From the NCBI GenBank assembly GCA_902796545.1, contig CADBPF010000051.1, positions 1 to 48,789 on the forward strand: a DNA stretch of 48,789 nt, given 5' to 3'. Numbering within the stretch: position 1 is the stretch's first letter; each line of letters begins with the position of its first letter. A program made the translations under genes and the position numbers. The notes beneath the pieces are model-generated. The model saw only the letters and a list, made by a program, of their open reading frames with translations, searched no databases and was not told where the DNA came from. Of this stretch, positions 8,394-17,951 are shown one piece after another. Origin of the DNA: an uncultured Ruminococcus sp. GTDB taxonomy: Bacteria; Bacillota; Clostridia; Oscillospirales; SIG627.

Positions 8394-9866
8394 ATGGGCA
8401 ATTTTGATCTGTATCAGGACATCAGCCGCCGTTGCGGCGGGAGCTTATACGTCGGGGTCGTCGGACCGGTGCGCACCGGGAAAAGCACTTTGATCCAGCG
8501 GTTTTTGGAAGATCTCGTCTTGCCGGGGATCGACGACGCGGACGAACAAAAGCGCGTGCGCGACAGTATGCCGCAATCGGCGGACGGAAAGACCGTGATG
8601 ACCACGGAGCCGAAATTCATCCCGGAAAAGCCGGTCAAGGTCGCCTTTACCGATAAAGCGAGCGCGAACATGCGATTCGTGGACTGCGTCGGCTATCTGA
8701 TCGAAGGCGCCGCGGGGACGGAGGAAAACGGCGAGCCTCGCATGGTGAACACGCCCTGGAAAACGAAGCCCATGCCCTTTGCGCAGGCGGCAGAGCTCGG
8801 CACGAAAAAGGTGTTCGGCGAGCACGCGAACGTCGGCTTCGTTGTCACGACGGACGGCACGATCGCGGATCTTGCGCGGGAAAACTATATCGAAGCCGAA
8901 GAACGCATCATCGCGGAAATGAAAGCGTCCGGAAAGCCTTTTTTGATCCTCATCAATTCCGCAAAGCCGGAAAGCAATTCCTCCCGCGCGCTCTGTGAAG
9001 AGCTGCAGAAAAAATACGACCATCCGACCGTATTGCTCGACGCGCTCCACCTGTCGCGCGAGGATCTGAAAAAGTTATTGGAGCTCTTGCTTGCGGAATT
9101 TCCCGCAAAAGAGATCAACGTAAAACTGCCGCATTGGGTCATGTGCTTAAATGAAGAACATCCGCTGAAGCAAGACCTGATCGCGCTTTTGCGGGAAAGC
9201 GCGCGCAAAAACTGCGCTCTGCGCGGCGTGGCGGCGGCGTTTGCCGTGACCGACGAGCGGATCAAAGAGATCCGGCTGAAAAGGCTCGACTACGCGACCG
9301 GGCTTGCCGAGCTGGAGCTGACCCCGACCGAGGAGAGCTTCTATCAGGTCTTGAGCGATACCTGCGGCGTTCCGGTACGAGGCGACGACGAATTGATGGA
9401 AACGCTCACGGAACTTGCCGCCATCCGGGAAAAATACCTGCGCATCGAAGAAGCGTTGAACGACGTGGAGCGCACCGGATACGGAATCGTGACCCCGAAG
9501 ATCGAGGAGATGACCTTGGAAGAGCCAGAGATCGTGAAACAGTCGGGTGCGTTCGGGGTGAAGCTCAAAGCAAGCTGTCCGAGCATCCACATGATCCGCA
9601 CGAATCTGGAAACGCAGATCTCGCCGATCGTCGGCAACGAGAAGCAGAGCAAAGATATGATCGACTATCTCGGGCGCGGCAAAGAGGAAGACCCGTCCAA
9701 AATCTGGGATACCGAGGTGTTCGGAAAGACCCTGCGGGAACTCGTCGGCGAGGGGCTGGAAAACAAACTGACCCACATTCCGGAAGACGCGCGCAAGCAG
9801 CTCTGCGAAGCGCTCACCAAGATCGTAAACGAGGGCTGCAGCAACCTGATCTGCGTGCTGATCTGA
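8394..9866 (+). CDS. spoIVA: stage IV sporulation protein A (spore coat basement-layer ATPase)
   Basis: Start re-set to ATG 8394 (AAAGGAG at 8381-8387). MGNFDLYQDISRRCGGSLYVGVVGPVRTGKSTLIQRF matches the SpoIVA N-terminus and Walker A. 490 aa. Confidence 0.95.
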   Translation: MGNFDLYQDISRRCGGSLYVGVVGPVRTGKSTLIQRFLEDLVLPGIDDADEQKRVRDSMPQSADGKTVMTTEPKFIPEKPVKVAFTDKASANMRFVDCVGYLIEGAAGTEENGEPRMVNTPWKTKPMPFAQAAELGTKKVFGEHANVGFVVTTDGTIADLARENYIEAEERIIAEMKASGKPFLILINSAKPESNSSRALCEELQKKYDHPTVLLDALHLSREDLKKLLELLLAEFPAKEINVKLPHWVMCLNEEHPLKQDLIALLRESARKNCALRGVAAAFAVTDERIKEIRLKRLDYATGLAELELTPTEESFYQVLSDTCGVPVRGDDELMETLTELAAIREKYLRIEEALNDVERTGYGIVTPKIEEMTLEEPEIVKQSGAFGVKLKASCPSIHMIRTNLETQISPIVGNEKQSKDMIDYLGRGKEEDPSKIWDTEVFGKTLRELVGEGLENKLTHIPEDARKQLCEALTKIVNEGCSNLICVLI

Positions 9867-9891
9867 AACAGTTTTCAAATTGCATTGTGGA

Positions 9892-9910
9892 AAAACCCCG
9901 CCCGGGTTTT
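9892..9910 (+). terminator. intrinsic terminator after spoIVA
   Basis: AAAACCC-cgccc-GGGTTTT, a 7-bp stem that includes the A and T tracts. Confidence 0.5.
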
Positions 9911-9922
9911 GCCGAAAACCGA

Positions 9923-9955
9923 AAAGATCCGCCTTTGGCGGATCTTTCGTTTTTC
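9923..9955. terminator. second, bidirectional hairpin between the convergent spoIVA and ruvX genes
   Basis: AAAGATCCGCC-ttt-GGCGGATCTTT followed by cgTTTTT. GAAAA precedes it, which gives the T-run for the minus strand. Confidence 0.7.
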
Positions 9956-9964
9956 ATGGGACGT

Positions 9965-10387
9965 TTACGCCTTTTTTTGTTTCTGCGCGTCCAGGTAGGA
10001 TTGCAGAATCAGCGTGGCGGCAAGTTCATCCACGTGCGCTCTTCCCTCTTTGACGCTTTTGCCGGACTGATGCAGATAGCCGTAGGCTTCCACCGTGGTA
10101 AAGCGCTCGTCCCAGGTCACGATCGGGATTTGAACCTGCGGTCGTATGAGATCGCAAAACGCCAAAACGCGCTCGGCGCGCTCGCCGCGTTTGCCGTCGG
10201 TTTTTAAGGGCAAGCCCACGACGATCTGCTCGACACAGAGCTTGCGGCATAGTTCGCCGATCTGCGCCGCCGCGTCTTTCAAGCCGCGCACTTCCAGCGT
10301 GGCGTGCGGCGTTGCCAACAATTCGTCTTTGTCGCAAACGGCGATCCCGCAGCGGCGGTCGCCGAGATCCACTCCCAGTTGTTTCAT
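9965..10387 (-). CDS. ruvX: Holliday junction resolvase-like nuclease RuvX/YqgF
   Basis: 140 aa. MKQLGVDLGDRRCGIAVCD...VVGLPL...WDERFTT. GGAGGG RBS. Confidence 0.92.
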   Translation of the reverse strand: MKQLGVDLGDRRCGIAVCDKDELLATPHATLEVRGLKDAAAQIGELCRKLCVEQIVVGLPLKTDGKRGERAERVLAFCDLIRPQVQIPIVTWDERFTTVEAYGYLHQSGKSVKEGRAHVDELAATLILQSYLDAQKQKKA

Positions 10388-10441
10388 GTTTCCCTCCGCA
10401 ATCGATTATAGCACAGTTTCCGCGATCCGACAAAATAATTC

Positions 10442-10470
10442 TTGATTTCTTTTGCCGTTTATACTATAAT
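10442..10470 (+). promoter_or_regulatory. sigma-A promoter for yajC
   Basis: TTGATT (10442-10447), 17 nt, TATAAT (10465-10470). Confidence 0.6.
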
Positions 10471-10499
10471 GACCGCATAAACGAAATACGGAGGACACT

Positions 10500-10928
10500 A
10501 TGAAACGGATCTATAAAATTCTTTCGGTCCTGATCGCCGCGCTCGGTTTCGCGTTTGGGATTACGACCGCCGCGTTTGCGGAAGGCGAAGCCGCGCAGGG
10601 CGCCACTTCGATTGCTTCCAGCCCGATCCCCATGATCATCATGCTCGTGCTTTTGGGCGTGGTCTTTTACTTTTTTATGTATCGCCCCCAGAAAAAGCAG
10701 GAACGCCAGGTCAACGAAATGCGCTCCAACCTTTCCGTCGGCGACGAGGTTTGCACCAACGCGGGCATCATCGGCCGCATCGTGCGCATCAAGGACGACA
10801 TCATCACGCTCGAGCTCGGCAGCGACAAAACCAAAATGAAGGTCTTCAACTGGGCGATCCGCGAGGTGCTGCTCCCGGCGGACGCACCGGAGGACGAAGA
10901 GCCCAAAAAGCCAACGGGCGACCGATAA
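10500..10928 (+). CDS. yajC: preprotein translocase subunit YajC with an extra N-terminal signal-peptide-like segment
   Basis: Core MIIMLVLLGVVFYFFMYRPQKKQERQVNEMRSNLSVGDEVCTNAGIIGRIV is YajC. About 44 extra N-terminal residues end in AAFAEGE. The promoter and GGAGG RBS support the 10500 start. Confidence 0.85.
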   Translation: MKRIYKILSVLIAALGFAFGITTAAFAEGEAAQGATSIASSPIPMIIMLVLLGVVFYFFMYRPQKKQERQVNEMRSNLSVGDEVCTNAGIIGRIVRIKDDIITLELGSDKTKMKVFNWAIREVLLPADAPEDEEPKKPTGDR

Positions 10929-10936
10929 ACCGCATA

Positions 10937-10975
10937 CAAAAACCGCTGCGACGATCGTCGCAGCGGTTTTTTTGC
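10937..10975. terminator. bidirectional terminator between yajC and glnS
   Basis: AAAAACCGCTGCGACG-at-CGTCGCAGCGGTTTTTTT, a 12-bp perfect stem. Confidence 0.85.
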
Positions 10976-10978
10976 GTT

Positions 10979-12628
10979 TTATTTTCCCTTACTGTCCTTT
11001 AAGGCGACCACGCTGTTGTAGGTGTTTTCGTATTTCGAGTCCTTGCAGAAATACCCCATCCGCACAAACTGGAAGGTGTCGCCGGCCTTGCTTTCCGCAA
11101 GGGAGGGTTCGCCGAGCGCGTTTTCCAAAAGGGTCTTGGAGTGATCGGAGAGAAAGTCCAGACAATCCGTTCCCTCCGGCAGCGCGGACATATTCTCCCG
11201 TTCAAAGAGGTGGTCGAACATCGCCGCGGCAAAGCGGATCGCGTGCGGTTTGGAAAGCCAATGGATCGTTCCCTTGACCTTTCTGCCGTCGGCGGGATTC
11301 TTGCCGGCGGTCTCCGGATCGATCGTGCCGAAAATGCGCACGACCTTGCCGGTTTCGTCTTCCTCGTACCGGTCGCAGCGGAACACGTAGGCGCCCATCA
11401 GACGCACTTCGTTTCCGGGATACAGGCGGAAGAACTTCGGCTCCTGCTGTTTTCTGAAATCGCTCTGCTCCACGCACAACACGCGTGAAAACGGCACTTT
11501 CCGCGCACCGCGTTCGGGATGCGCCGGGTGATTCGGAAGCTCGAAATATTCGACCCGATCCTCGGGATAATTCTCGATCACGAGTTCTAACGGATCCAGC
11601 ACGCAAACGCGGCGGTCGGCGCTTTCGTTGAGCTCCTCGCGGATGCAATGCTCCAACAGCTCGATCTCCACGTTGCTGTACGCCTTGGCGACCCCCGCGC
11701 GGCGCACGAATTCGAGAATGGAGGACGCGGTATAACCGCGGCGGCGCAGACCGCAAAGGGTCGGCATCCGCGGATCGTCCCAGCCGTCCACCTTGCCGGA
11801 TTCCACGAGCGCGCGCAGATATCTCTTGCTCATCACGGTGTGGGTCACGTTCAAGCGGGCAAACTCGTACTGATGCGGTTTTTTCTCAAAGCCGATATGA
11901 TCCACGACCCAGTCGTACAAGGGACGGTGGTTTTCAAATTCCAGCGAACACAAAGAATGGGTGATCCCCTCCAAAGCGTCCTGGATCGGATGCGCGAAGT
12001 CGTACATCGGGTAGATGCACCACTTGCTTCCCTGGCGGTGATGCGAAACGTGCTTGATCCGGTAGATCGCCGGATCGCGCAGATTCAGATTCGGGCTCTG
12101 CATATCGATCTTGGCGCGCAGGGTGCAGGCGCCGTCGGGAAACTCCCCGTTTTTCATCCGCTCGAACAGCGTCAGGTTTTCTTCCACGCTTCGATCCCGA
12201 TAAGGGCTGTTCTGACCGGGTTCGGTCAGCGTGCCGCGGGTTTCGCGCATCTCCTCCGCGGACAGATCGCAAACGTAGGCGTCGCCCTGGCGGATCAGCT
12301 GCACGGCGAATTCATAGCATTTTTCAAAATAATCCGAGCCGTAAAAGACGCCGCCCGTGGGCTTCGCGCCGAGCCAGACGAGGTCCTCGTAGATGCTCTG
12401 CACGTACTCGTCGTCTTCCTTTTCGGGATTGGTGTCGTCGTAGCGCAGATTGAACAGACCGTCGTATTTTTGCGCGGTATAGGCGTTGATATAGATCGCT
12501 TTCGCGCTGCCGATATGCAAATACCCGTTCGGCTCCGGCGGAAAGCGCGTGTGGATCTTGTCCACACGGCCCTCTTTTAGGTCCTCGTCAATGATGTCGT
12601 GAATGAAAAAACTGGTTTCTTCCGGCAT
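10979..12628 (-). CDS. glnS: glutaminyl-tRNA synthetase
   Basis: Start re-set to ATG 12628 (GAGGAAGGA RBS; gltX stops at 12642). HTRFPPEPNGYLHIGSAKA (HIGH), FNLRYDDTNPEKE, VMSKR (KMSKS). Confidence 0.95.
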   Translation of the reverse strand: MPEETSFFIHDIIDEDLKEGRVDKIHTRFPPEPNGYLHIGSAKAIYINAYTAQKYDGLFNLRYDDTNPEKEDDEYVQSIYEDLVWLGAKPTGGVFYGSDYFEKCYEFAVQLIRQGDAYVCDLSAEEMRETRGTLTEPGQNSPYRDRSVEENLTLFERMKNGEFPDGACTLRAKIDMQSPNLNLRDPAIYRIKHVSHHRQGSKWCIYPMYDFAHPIQDALEGITHSLCSLEFENHRPLYDWVVDHIGFEKKPHQYEFARLNVTHTVMSKRYLRALVESGKVDGWDDPRMPTLCGLRRRGYTASSILEFVRRAGVAKAYSNVEIELLEHCIREELNESADRRVCVLDPLELVIENYPEDRVEYFELPNHPAHPERGARKVPFSRVLCVEQSDFRKQQEPKFFRLYPGNEVRLMGAYVFRCDRYEEDETGKVVRIFGTIDPETAGKNPADGRKVKGTIHWLSKPHAIRFAAAMFDHLFERENMSALPEGTDCLDFLSDHSKTLLENALGEPSLAESKAGDTFQFVRMGYFCKDSKYENTYNSVVALKDSKGK

Positions 12629-12641
12629 GGCGGTTCCTTCC

Positions 12642-14285
12642 TCAAAAACGTTTTGCAAGGCGGGCGCGGGAACGCGCGGCGCCGAGTACCTGCATGACCT
12701 GATAGAGATCCGGTGAATTCCTGCGCCCGGTCAAGACCAAACGCAGGACCGCGGACAGATCGCCGACGTGACCGCGATACGCCGCGGGATCCATTTGATA
12801 ATCCTTCGGCTTCGCCGCATATCCGAGCGTGAGAGCGAGCTTGCGTAAACGATCGAACCACGCCTGCGCGTCGTCGCTTTCGCAGTACGCGGACTCGTAG
12901 GCGTCGAGTATGCGGTTTGCTTCGTCCGCGGTGATATTTTCCGGCAAGGGATCGGTGATCCGGAAGAGGTCGTCGTAGAAAAACGCGAAAGCCTGCGGCA
13001 TTTCCGAAAACTTCGCAAAATCCTTACGCGGTTTTTCCCCGCCGCGCCCGATGGAAAGATAAGCTTCGGCGTAGCCCGGATCGGCTTTCAGCCTGGCGGC
13101 GAAATCAGGCTCGTTTTCCTCGCACCAGGAAAGCAGTTCATAATATACGCTCTTTGCATCCATGCGCGCGATGCGCTCTTTGGAAATATCGTCCAGCTTA
13201 TCAAGGTCAAAAAGCGCGCCGGACGCGCTCATTTTCTGAATCGAAAACGGAAAGTCCTCAAGTTTAAGATCCGGGTTTGCTCTCCTCCAGTCCTCGTAAT
13301 TGGAATTGAGCACGCTCATCACGTATTCGCGCACGCCCTCGACGGGATAGCCCGCCTTGCGATAAAACGAAAGCGTCGCCTCCGGATCCTGGCGTTTGGA
13401 TAGCTTGCGCTTCCCGCCCTCCGGAGTGCGCTTCATCAGGTGGGCGATATGCACGTATTTCGGGCGCTTGAAGCCAAGCAAGGAAAACAGCTGGATATGC
13501 AAAGGCAAGGTGGAGAGCCACTCTTCGCCGCGCACCACATGCGTGACCCGCATCAGATGATCGTCCACCGCGTGGGCAAAGTGATAGGTCGGGATGCCGT
13601 CCGATTTCAGAAGCACGGCGTCCATATAGTTTTCGTCCAATTCCAGCGTTCCCTTGATCAGATCGTCGAAGCGGATGCGCGCGCCCGGCACGCCCGGCGA
13701 GCGCAGGCGCAGAACGTAAGACTTGCCCGCGTCAAGGTTCGCGCGAATCTCATTTAACGTCAGATCCCGGCAGGGCGCGTAGTCGCCGTAATAACCCGGG
13801 GTCAGCTTGAGCGCTTCCTGCTTTGCATGCTGTGCTTCCAGTTCTTCTTTCGTGCAGAAGCAGGGATACGCAAGCCCCTGCTCCAAGAGCGATTTCGCAA
13901 ACACGTGGTAGATCGGCGCGCGCAGGCTCTGATAATAGGGCCCGTAGTTCCCGAAGCCCCCTTCGTCGATCAGCGCGCCCTCGTCGAAGCGCATCCCGTA
14001 ATACGCAAAGGAGGAAAGGATCAGCTCCACCGCACCGTCCACCTTGCGCTTGCTGTCCGTATCTTCGATGCGCAGTAAGAACACGCCGTCGGACGAATGC
14101 GCCAAACGCTCGCTGACGAGCGCCGGAAACAGGTTTCCGAAATGCACGAATCCCGTGGGGCTCGGCGCGATCCGGGTGACCTTGGCGCCCTCCTTTAAGC
14201 CGCGTTCGGGAAAACGCGCCTCCAGCTCGGCGATCGTTTCGGTGACGTGCGGGAACAGAAGCTGTGACAGTGCGCGATAATCCAT
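12642..14285 (-). CDS. gltX: glutamyl-tRNA synthetase
   Basis: Start re-set to ATG 14285 (AAGGAG RBS). RIAPSPTGFVHFGNL (HIGH variant), LRIEDTD, KLSKRQ (KMSKS). Confidence 0.92.
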   Translation of the reverse strand: MDYRALSQLLFPHVTETIAELEARFPERGLKEGAKVTRIAPSPTGFVHFGNLFPALVSERLAHSSDGVFLLRIEDTDSKRKVDGAVELILSSFAYYGMRFDEGALIDEGGFGNYGPYYQSLRAPIYHVFAKSLLEQGLAYPCFCTKEELEAQHAKQEALKLTPGYYGDYAPCRDLTLNEIRANLDAGKSYVLRLRSPGVPGARIRFDDLIKGTLELDENYMDAVLLKSDGIPTYHFAHAVDDHLMRVTHVVRGEEWLSTLPLHIQLFSLLGFKRPKYVHIAHLMKRTPEGGKRKLSKRQDPEATLSFYRKAGYPVEGVREYVMSVLNSNYEDWRRANPDLKLEDFPFSIQKMSASGALFDLDKLDDISKERIARMDAKSVYYELLSWCEENEPDFAARLKADPGYAEAYLSIGRGGEKPRKDFAKFSEMPQAFAFFYDDLFRITDPLPENITADEANRILDAYESAYCESDDAQAWFDRLRKLALTLGYAAKPKDYQMDPAAYRGHVGDLSAVLRLVLTGRRNSPDLYQVMQVLGAARSRARLAKRF

Positions 14286-14330
14286 AGAGCACTCCTTCGA
14301 ATCAGCTCTCATAAGCTATAGTAATGTAAG

Positions 14331-14359
14331 ATTTTAGCACAGTTTTTCTACTTTTTCAA
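14331..14359 (-). promoter_or_regulatory. sigma-A promoter for gltX-glnS
   Basis: On the minus strand: TTGAAA (14359-14354), 17 nt, TAAAAT (14336-14331). The leader is only about 45 nt. Confidence 0.55.
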
Positions 14360-14429
14360 GTCAATCGGACGCGGTTTTTCCTTTTTTGAAAAAACCGTAC
14401 TTTTTTCGATCGGAAAGCGGGAAATCCAC

Positions 14430-14459
14430 TTGACAGATTTTCGGATTTCATGGTATTAT
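14430..14459 (+). promoter_or_regulatory. sigma-A promoter (extended -10) for the decarboxylase cluster
   Basis: TTGACA (14430-14435), 18 nt, TGgTATTAT (14451-14459). Confidence 0.6.
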
Positions 14460-14539
14460 AAATTGATTTTGGTTTTCGTGACCGATTCACTCAAAACACG
14501 CGAAAATCACGCGTTTTATGATCCCGGAGGTAGTACTAT

Positions 14540-15955
14540 ATGCCAGATTCCTTTTCCAAAAGCCTCACGCAGGAGCAGATCGCTTCCGAAGCTCAAAAGC
14601 GCAAAGTTCTCTCGCAAAGCGGGCGCTTGAGTTCCCGCGCGCGCTTCGAGCGCTTGTTCGACGCCGGATCCTACACGGAGATCGCATCTTTTCTCGGCGC
14701 GCAAAACTCGGACGACGCCGATCGGATGCTGTGCGCGTTCGGCGCGGTGGACGGCGAATGCGTTTACGCGTTCTCCCAGGAATTCGCCCAAAACGGCGCC
14801 GCGTTCACCGCAAACTCCGCTAAAAAACTGCTCGCGCTCTACGAGCTTGCCGGAAAACGCCCGGCGCCGATCGTCGGCTTTTTCGACGCAAACGGCAGCG
14901 ACCTTGCCGGCGGGCTGTCGTTGATGGCGGGTCTTGGCGAGATCTGTGCCGCAAGCGCCGCCTATCGGGGCGCCGCCCCGCAGATCGCGCTGATCGCGGG
15001 TCCCTGCGGCGCTTCCCTTGCCGCGTTTGCTTCGGGCTTCGATCTGATCTTGCAGTCGAGTGTCAACGGCGAGCTGTTCGTCAACGCTCCCTCAGTCGTC
15101 AAAAACGAGACCGGCGTCGCCGACCACGCCAAAGCGCAAAGCGCCGCCAAACAGGGTCAGGTCCACGCGGTTTACGAGAGCGAAGAGTCGATGATCGACG
15201 CGCTCAAAAACCTGCTTTCCTATTTGCCGGAGGACGACGAGGCCGCCGCCCCGATCGCCTCTTGCGCGGACGACGAAAACCGCGCCACCGCCGCCTTCGA
15301 CCGGATCCCGGACGCGAAAGCGCTGCTTTGCGACGTGTTCGATCAGGGCTCGCTCTTTGCTCTGTCCGACGAGTTCTCCGACGGTATCCTCACGGGTTTT
15401 GCCCGTCTTTCCGGCGTCAGCGTCGGCTACGCCGCCTGCACCGGCAAGGAGCTTTCCCGCCGCGATCTGATGAAGCTGATCCGCTTCACGGATCTCTGCG
15501 ACCGCTTCGGGATCGCGCTTATGCAATTCGTCAACACGCCCGGCTTTTGCGCTGAATGCGAATCCAAGCACGGGCTTGCCGATCTGGTTTCCAGACTCGT
15601 TTCGCGCTATGCCGACGCCGACGTCCCGATGCTCACGCTCTATCACGGAAAAGCGTACGGCGCGGTTTTGAGCGTTTTCGCAAGCAAATCGCTCGGCGCG
15701 GATCTCGTCTTTGCAACGCCTGCCGCTTCCCTGTCCCTGCTTGCTCCCGACAGCGCGGTCGCGTTTTCCGAAAACGATCGTTTGAAGGGTTCCTCCGATC
15801 CGATCCGCGGCAGAACTCAATTGATCGAACGCTATTTGAAAGAGGAAACCTCGCCCGTGCACGCGGCGCGCGCCGGATTGATCGACGATATCCTCGATCC
15901 GGCTGAAGTCCGCGCAAGACTTGCTTTCTCGATCAAGATGCTGCTCGGCATTTGA
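14540..15955 (+). CDS. carboxyltransferase, acyl-CoA (12S / MmdA / PccB) family, strongly divergent
   Basis: 471 aa. It aligns along its length with my recollection of methylmalonyl-CoA decarboxylase alpha (GAVDGECVYAFSQEF, APIVGFFDANG, QIALIAGPCGAS, VNTPGF, GKAYGAV), but the conserved Gly-rich motifs are altered. Confidence 0.75.
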   Translation: MPDSFSKSLTQEQIASEAQKRKVLSQSGRLSSRARFERLFDAGSYTEIASFLGAQNSDDADRMLCAFGAVDGECVYAFSQEFAQNGAAFTANSAKKLLALYELAGKRPAPIVGFFDANGSDLAGGLSLMAGLGEICAASAAYRGAAPQIALIAGPCGASLAAFASGFDLILQSSVNGELFVNAPSVVKNETGVADHAKAQSAAKQGQVHAVYESEESMIDALKNLLSYLPEDDEAAAPIASCADDENRATAAFDRIPDAKALLCDVFDQGSLFALSDEFSDGILTGFARLSGVSVGYAACTGKELSRRDLMKLIRFTDLCDRFGIALMQFVNTPGFCAECESKHGLADLVSRLVSRYADADVPMLTLYHGKAYGAVLSVFASKSLGADLVFATPAASLSLLAPDSAVAFSENDRLKGSSDPIRGRTQLIERYLKEETSPVHAARAGLIDDILDPAEVRARLAFSIKMLLGI

Positions 15956-15966
15956 AGGAGTCGCCT

Positions 15967-16296
15967 ATGAGTCCGCTTTTACAATTATTTACCGAAGCGC
16001 CGGCGCTTTTCGGCGGTCAGATCGCTTTAATCGTGATGACGGTCGTGTTTTTGATCCTCGCGATCATCTTTTTGGCGATCACCCTGACCGGCGCGTTCTT
16101 CCGCGGAAAAAGTAAAAAGAGCGCCAAAACGCCCGACCCGGCGCCGGCAAAGCCGCAGGTTTCCGCAGCGGCAGCCGCCGCCGAAGCGCAGTCGGATGAG
16201 GAGCTGCTCGCCGTGCTGACCGCCGCCGTCGCCGCCTATCGCGGCAAGGAAACGGAATCGGGCGCGTTTCGCGTCGTTTCCTTCCGCCGCCGTTAA
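15967..16296 (+). CDS. small membrane subunit of Na+-translocating decarboxylase (OadG / delta-like)
   Basis: ATG 15967 with GAAGGAG at 15954-15960 (the track start 15952 is a TTG). One TM helix (IALIVMTVVFLILAIIFLAITL), an Ala/Pro linker, then EELLAVLTAAVAAY, typical of OadG-like subunits. Confidence 0.75.
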   Translation: MSPLLQLFTEAPALFGGQIALIVMTVVFLILAIIFLAITLTGAFFRGKSKKSAKTPDPAPAKPQVSAAAAAAEAQSDEELLAVLTAAVAAYRGKETESGAFRVVSFRRR

Positions 16297-16340
16297 ATCC
16301 ACCGATTTCAACGCCAAATTCGATCCAACAGGAGTGTATT

Positions 16341-16712
16341 ATGAAACAGTATAAGATCACCGTAAACGGAAAAACCTATGACGTCGCCGTCGAAGAAGTC
16401 GCCTCCGCGGCGCCTGCTTCCCCCGCCGCTTCCGCGCCCGTTTCAAGCGCGCCCGCACCGGTCGTCGCCGCCCCCGCTCCCGCCGCGCCTGCCGCAGGCG
16501 GCGAAACGGTCAAAGCCCCGATCCCCGGCACGATCCTGGAACTGAAAGTGAACAAGGGCGCCGCGGTGAAAGCCGGCGATACGCTTTGTATCCTGGAAGC
16601 CATGAAAATGGAAAACGACATCGCCGCCCCGCGAGACGGCGTGATCGCCGACGTATGCGTGACCAAAGGCGCGAGCGTCAACACCGGAGACGCGCTCTTC
16701 ATTTTAGAATAA
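16341..16712 (+). CDS. biotin carboxyl carrier subunit (1.3S / gamma type)
   Basis: 123 aa. Ala/Pro-rich linker then a biotinyl domain with the LEAMKMEN biotinylation motif. Confidence 0.92.
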   Translation: MKQYKITVNGKTYDVAVEEVASAAPASPAASAPVSSAPAPVVAAPAPAAPAAGGETVKAPIPGTILELKVNKGAAVKAGDTLCILEAMKMENDIAAPRDGVIADVCVTKGASVNTGDALFILE

Positions 16713-16741
16713 GTTTCCCGTATTAAAGGTGATTTGATCTT

Positions 16742-17929
16742 ATGTTAGACGTATTACGCGGCGTTTGGGAGGGTTCCGGACTCGCGCAGATCGTATCCGA
16801 TCTCGGCGTCAGTTGGAAGACGCTTGTGATGTACGCGATCATCGCGCTGTTGTTCTACCTTGCCATCGTCAAAAAATTTGAGCCCCTGCTTCTCTTGCCC
16901 ATCGCCTTCGGGATGCTTTTGGCAAACCTGCCCGGCGCCGGGCTCATCCACATGGAATTCTTCCTGACGGAAGGGCCGATCGATTTCGAACGTATCCTGC
17001 GGGAAGGCAATCTGCTCGATCTCTTGTATCTCGGCGTAAAGCTCGGTATTTACCCGCCGCTGATCTTCCTTGGCGTCGGTGCGATGACGGACTTTTCTCC
17101 GCTGATCGCCAACCCCAAATCGCTCTTTTTGGGCGCCGCCGCGCAGTTCGGCGTGGTCGCCGCCTTTTTCGGTGCGATCCTGCTCGGATTCAGCCCGAAC
17201 GAAGCCGCTTCCATCGGCATCATCGGCGGCGCGGACGGTCCGACCGCGATCTACGTGACCAAGACGCTTGCTCCGCATCTGTTGAGCGCGATCGCCATCG
17301 CCGCCTATTCCTATATGGCGCTAGTTCCTTTCATCCAGCCGCCGATCATGAAGCTCTGCACCACCAAGGAACAGCGCAAGATCGTGATGAAGCAGCTTCG
17401 TCCGGTCACCAAGACCGAACAGATCCTGTTCCCGATCATCGTCACTCTGGTCGTGTGTCTGCTCGTACCGGATGCGGCGCCGCTGGTCGGTATGCTGATG
17501 CTCGGCAACCTTCTGAAAGTCTCCGGCGTGACCGAACGCCTCTCCAAGACCGCGCAGAATGAGCTTTGCAATATCGTCACGATCCTGCTCGGCGTTTCCG
17601 TAGGCGCCACGGCAAACGCGGAAAACTTTTTGAGCCCGCAAACGCTCTATATCGTGCTCCTCGGGCTGGTCGCCTTCTGCTTCTCCACCTTCGGCGGCGT
17701 GCTGTTCGGTCAGGTCATGCGGATCTTGACGCGCGGCAAGATCAATCCGCTGATCGGCTCCGCCGGCGTTTCCGCCGTTCCGATGGCGGCGCGCGTGTCG
17801 CAGGTCGTCGGTCAGAAAGAAAACCCGAGCAACTTTCTTCTGATGCACGCCATGGGTCCCAACGTCGCCGGCGTGATCGGCAGCGCGGTGGCGGCAGGCA
17901 CCTTCATCGTTCTCTCAAAACTTTGGTAA
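16742..17929 (+). CDS. Na+-translocating decarboxylase beta subunit (OadB/MmdB/GcdB family)
   Basis: 395 aa polytopic membrane protein. IGIIGGADGPTAIY and NPLIGSAGVSAVPMAARV are characteristic of beta subunits. Confidence 0.92.
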   Translation: MLDVLRGVWEGSGLAQIVSDLGVSWKTLVMYAIIALLFYLAIVKKFEPLLLLPIAFGMLLANLPGAGLIHMEFFLTEGPIDFERILREGNLLDLLYLGVKLGIYPPLIFLGVGAMTDFSPLIANPKSLFLGAAAQFGVVAAFFGAILLGFSPNEAASIGIIGGADGPTAIYVTKTLAPHLLSAIAIAAYSYMALVPFIQPPIMKLCTTKEQRKIVMKQLRPVTKTEQILFPIIVTLVVCLLVPDAAPLVGMLMLGNLLKVSGVTERLSKTAQNELCNIVTILLGVSVGATANAENFLSPQTLYIVLLGLVAFCFSTFGGVLFGQVMRILTRGKINPLIGSAGVSAVPMAARVSQVVGQKENPSNFLLMHAMGPNVAGVIGSAVAAGTFIVLSKLW

Positions 17930-17951
17930 TCAACTTCTAAGGAGTTCAGTT

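Noticed and set aside
14286-14330. T-box leader upstream of gltX.
   Set aside because: The distance from the candidate -10 to the ATG is only about 45 nt, with no specifier/antiterminator architecture and no terminator.
14371-14400. Hairpin CGGTTTTT...AAAAACCG between the divergent gltX and decarboxylase promoters.
   Set aside because: The stem is AT-rich and lies upstream of both promoters, so it does not terminate anything. It is probably incidental A/T-tract symmetry.
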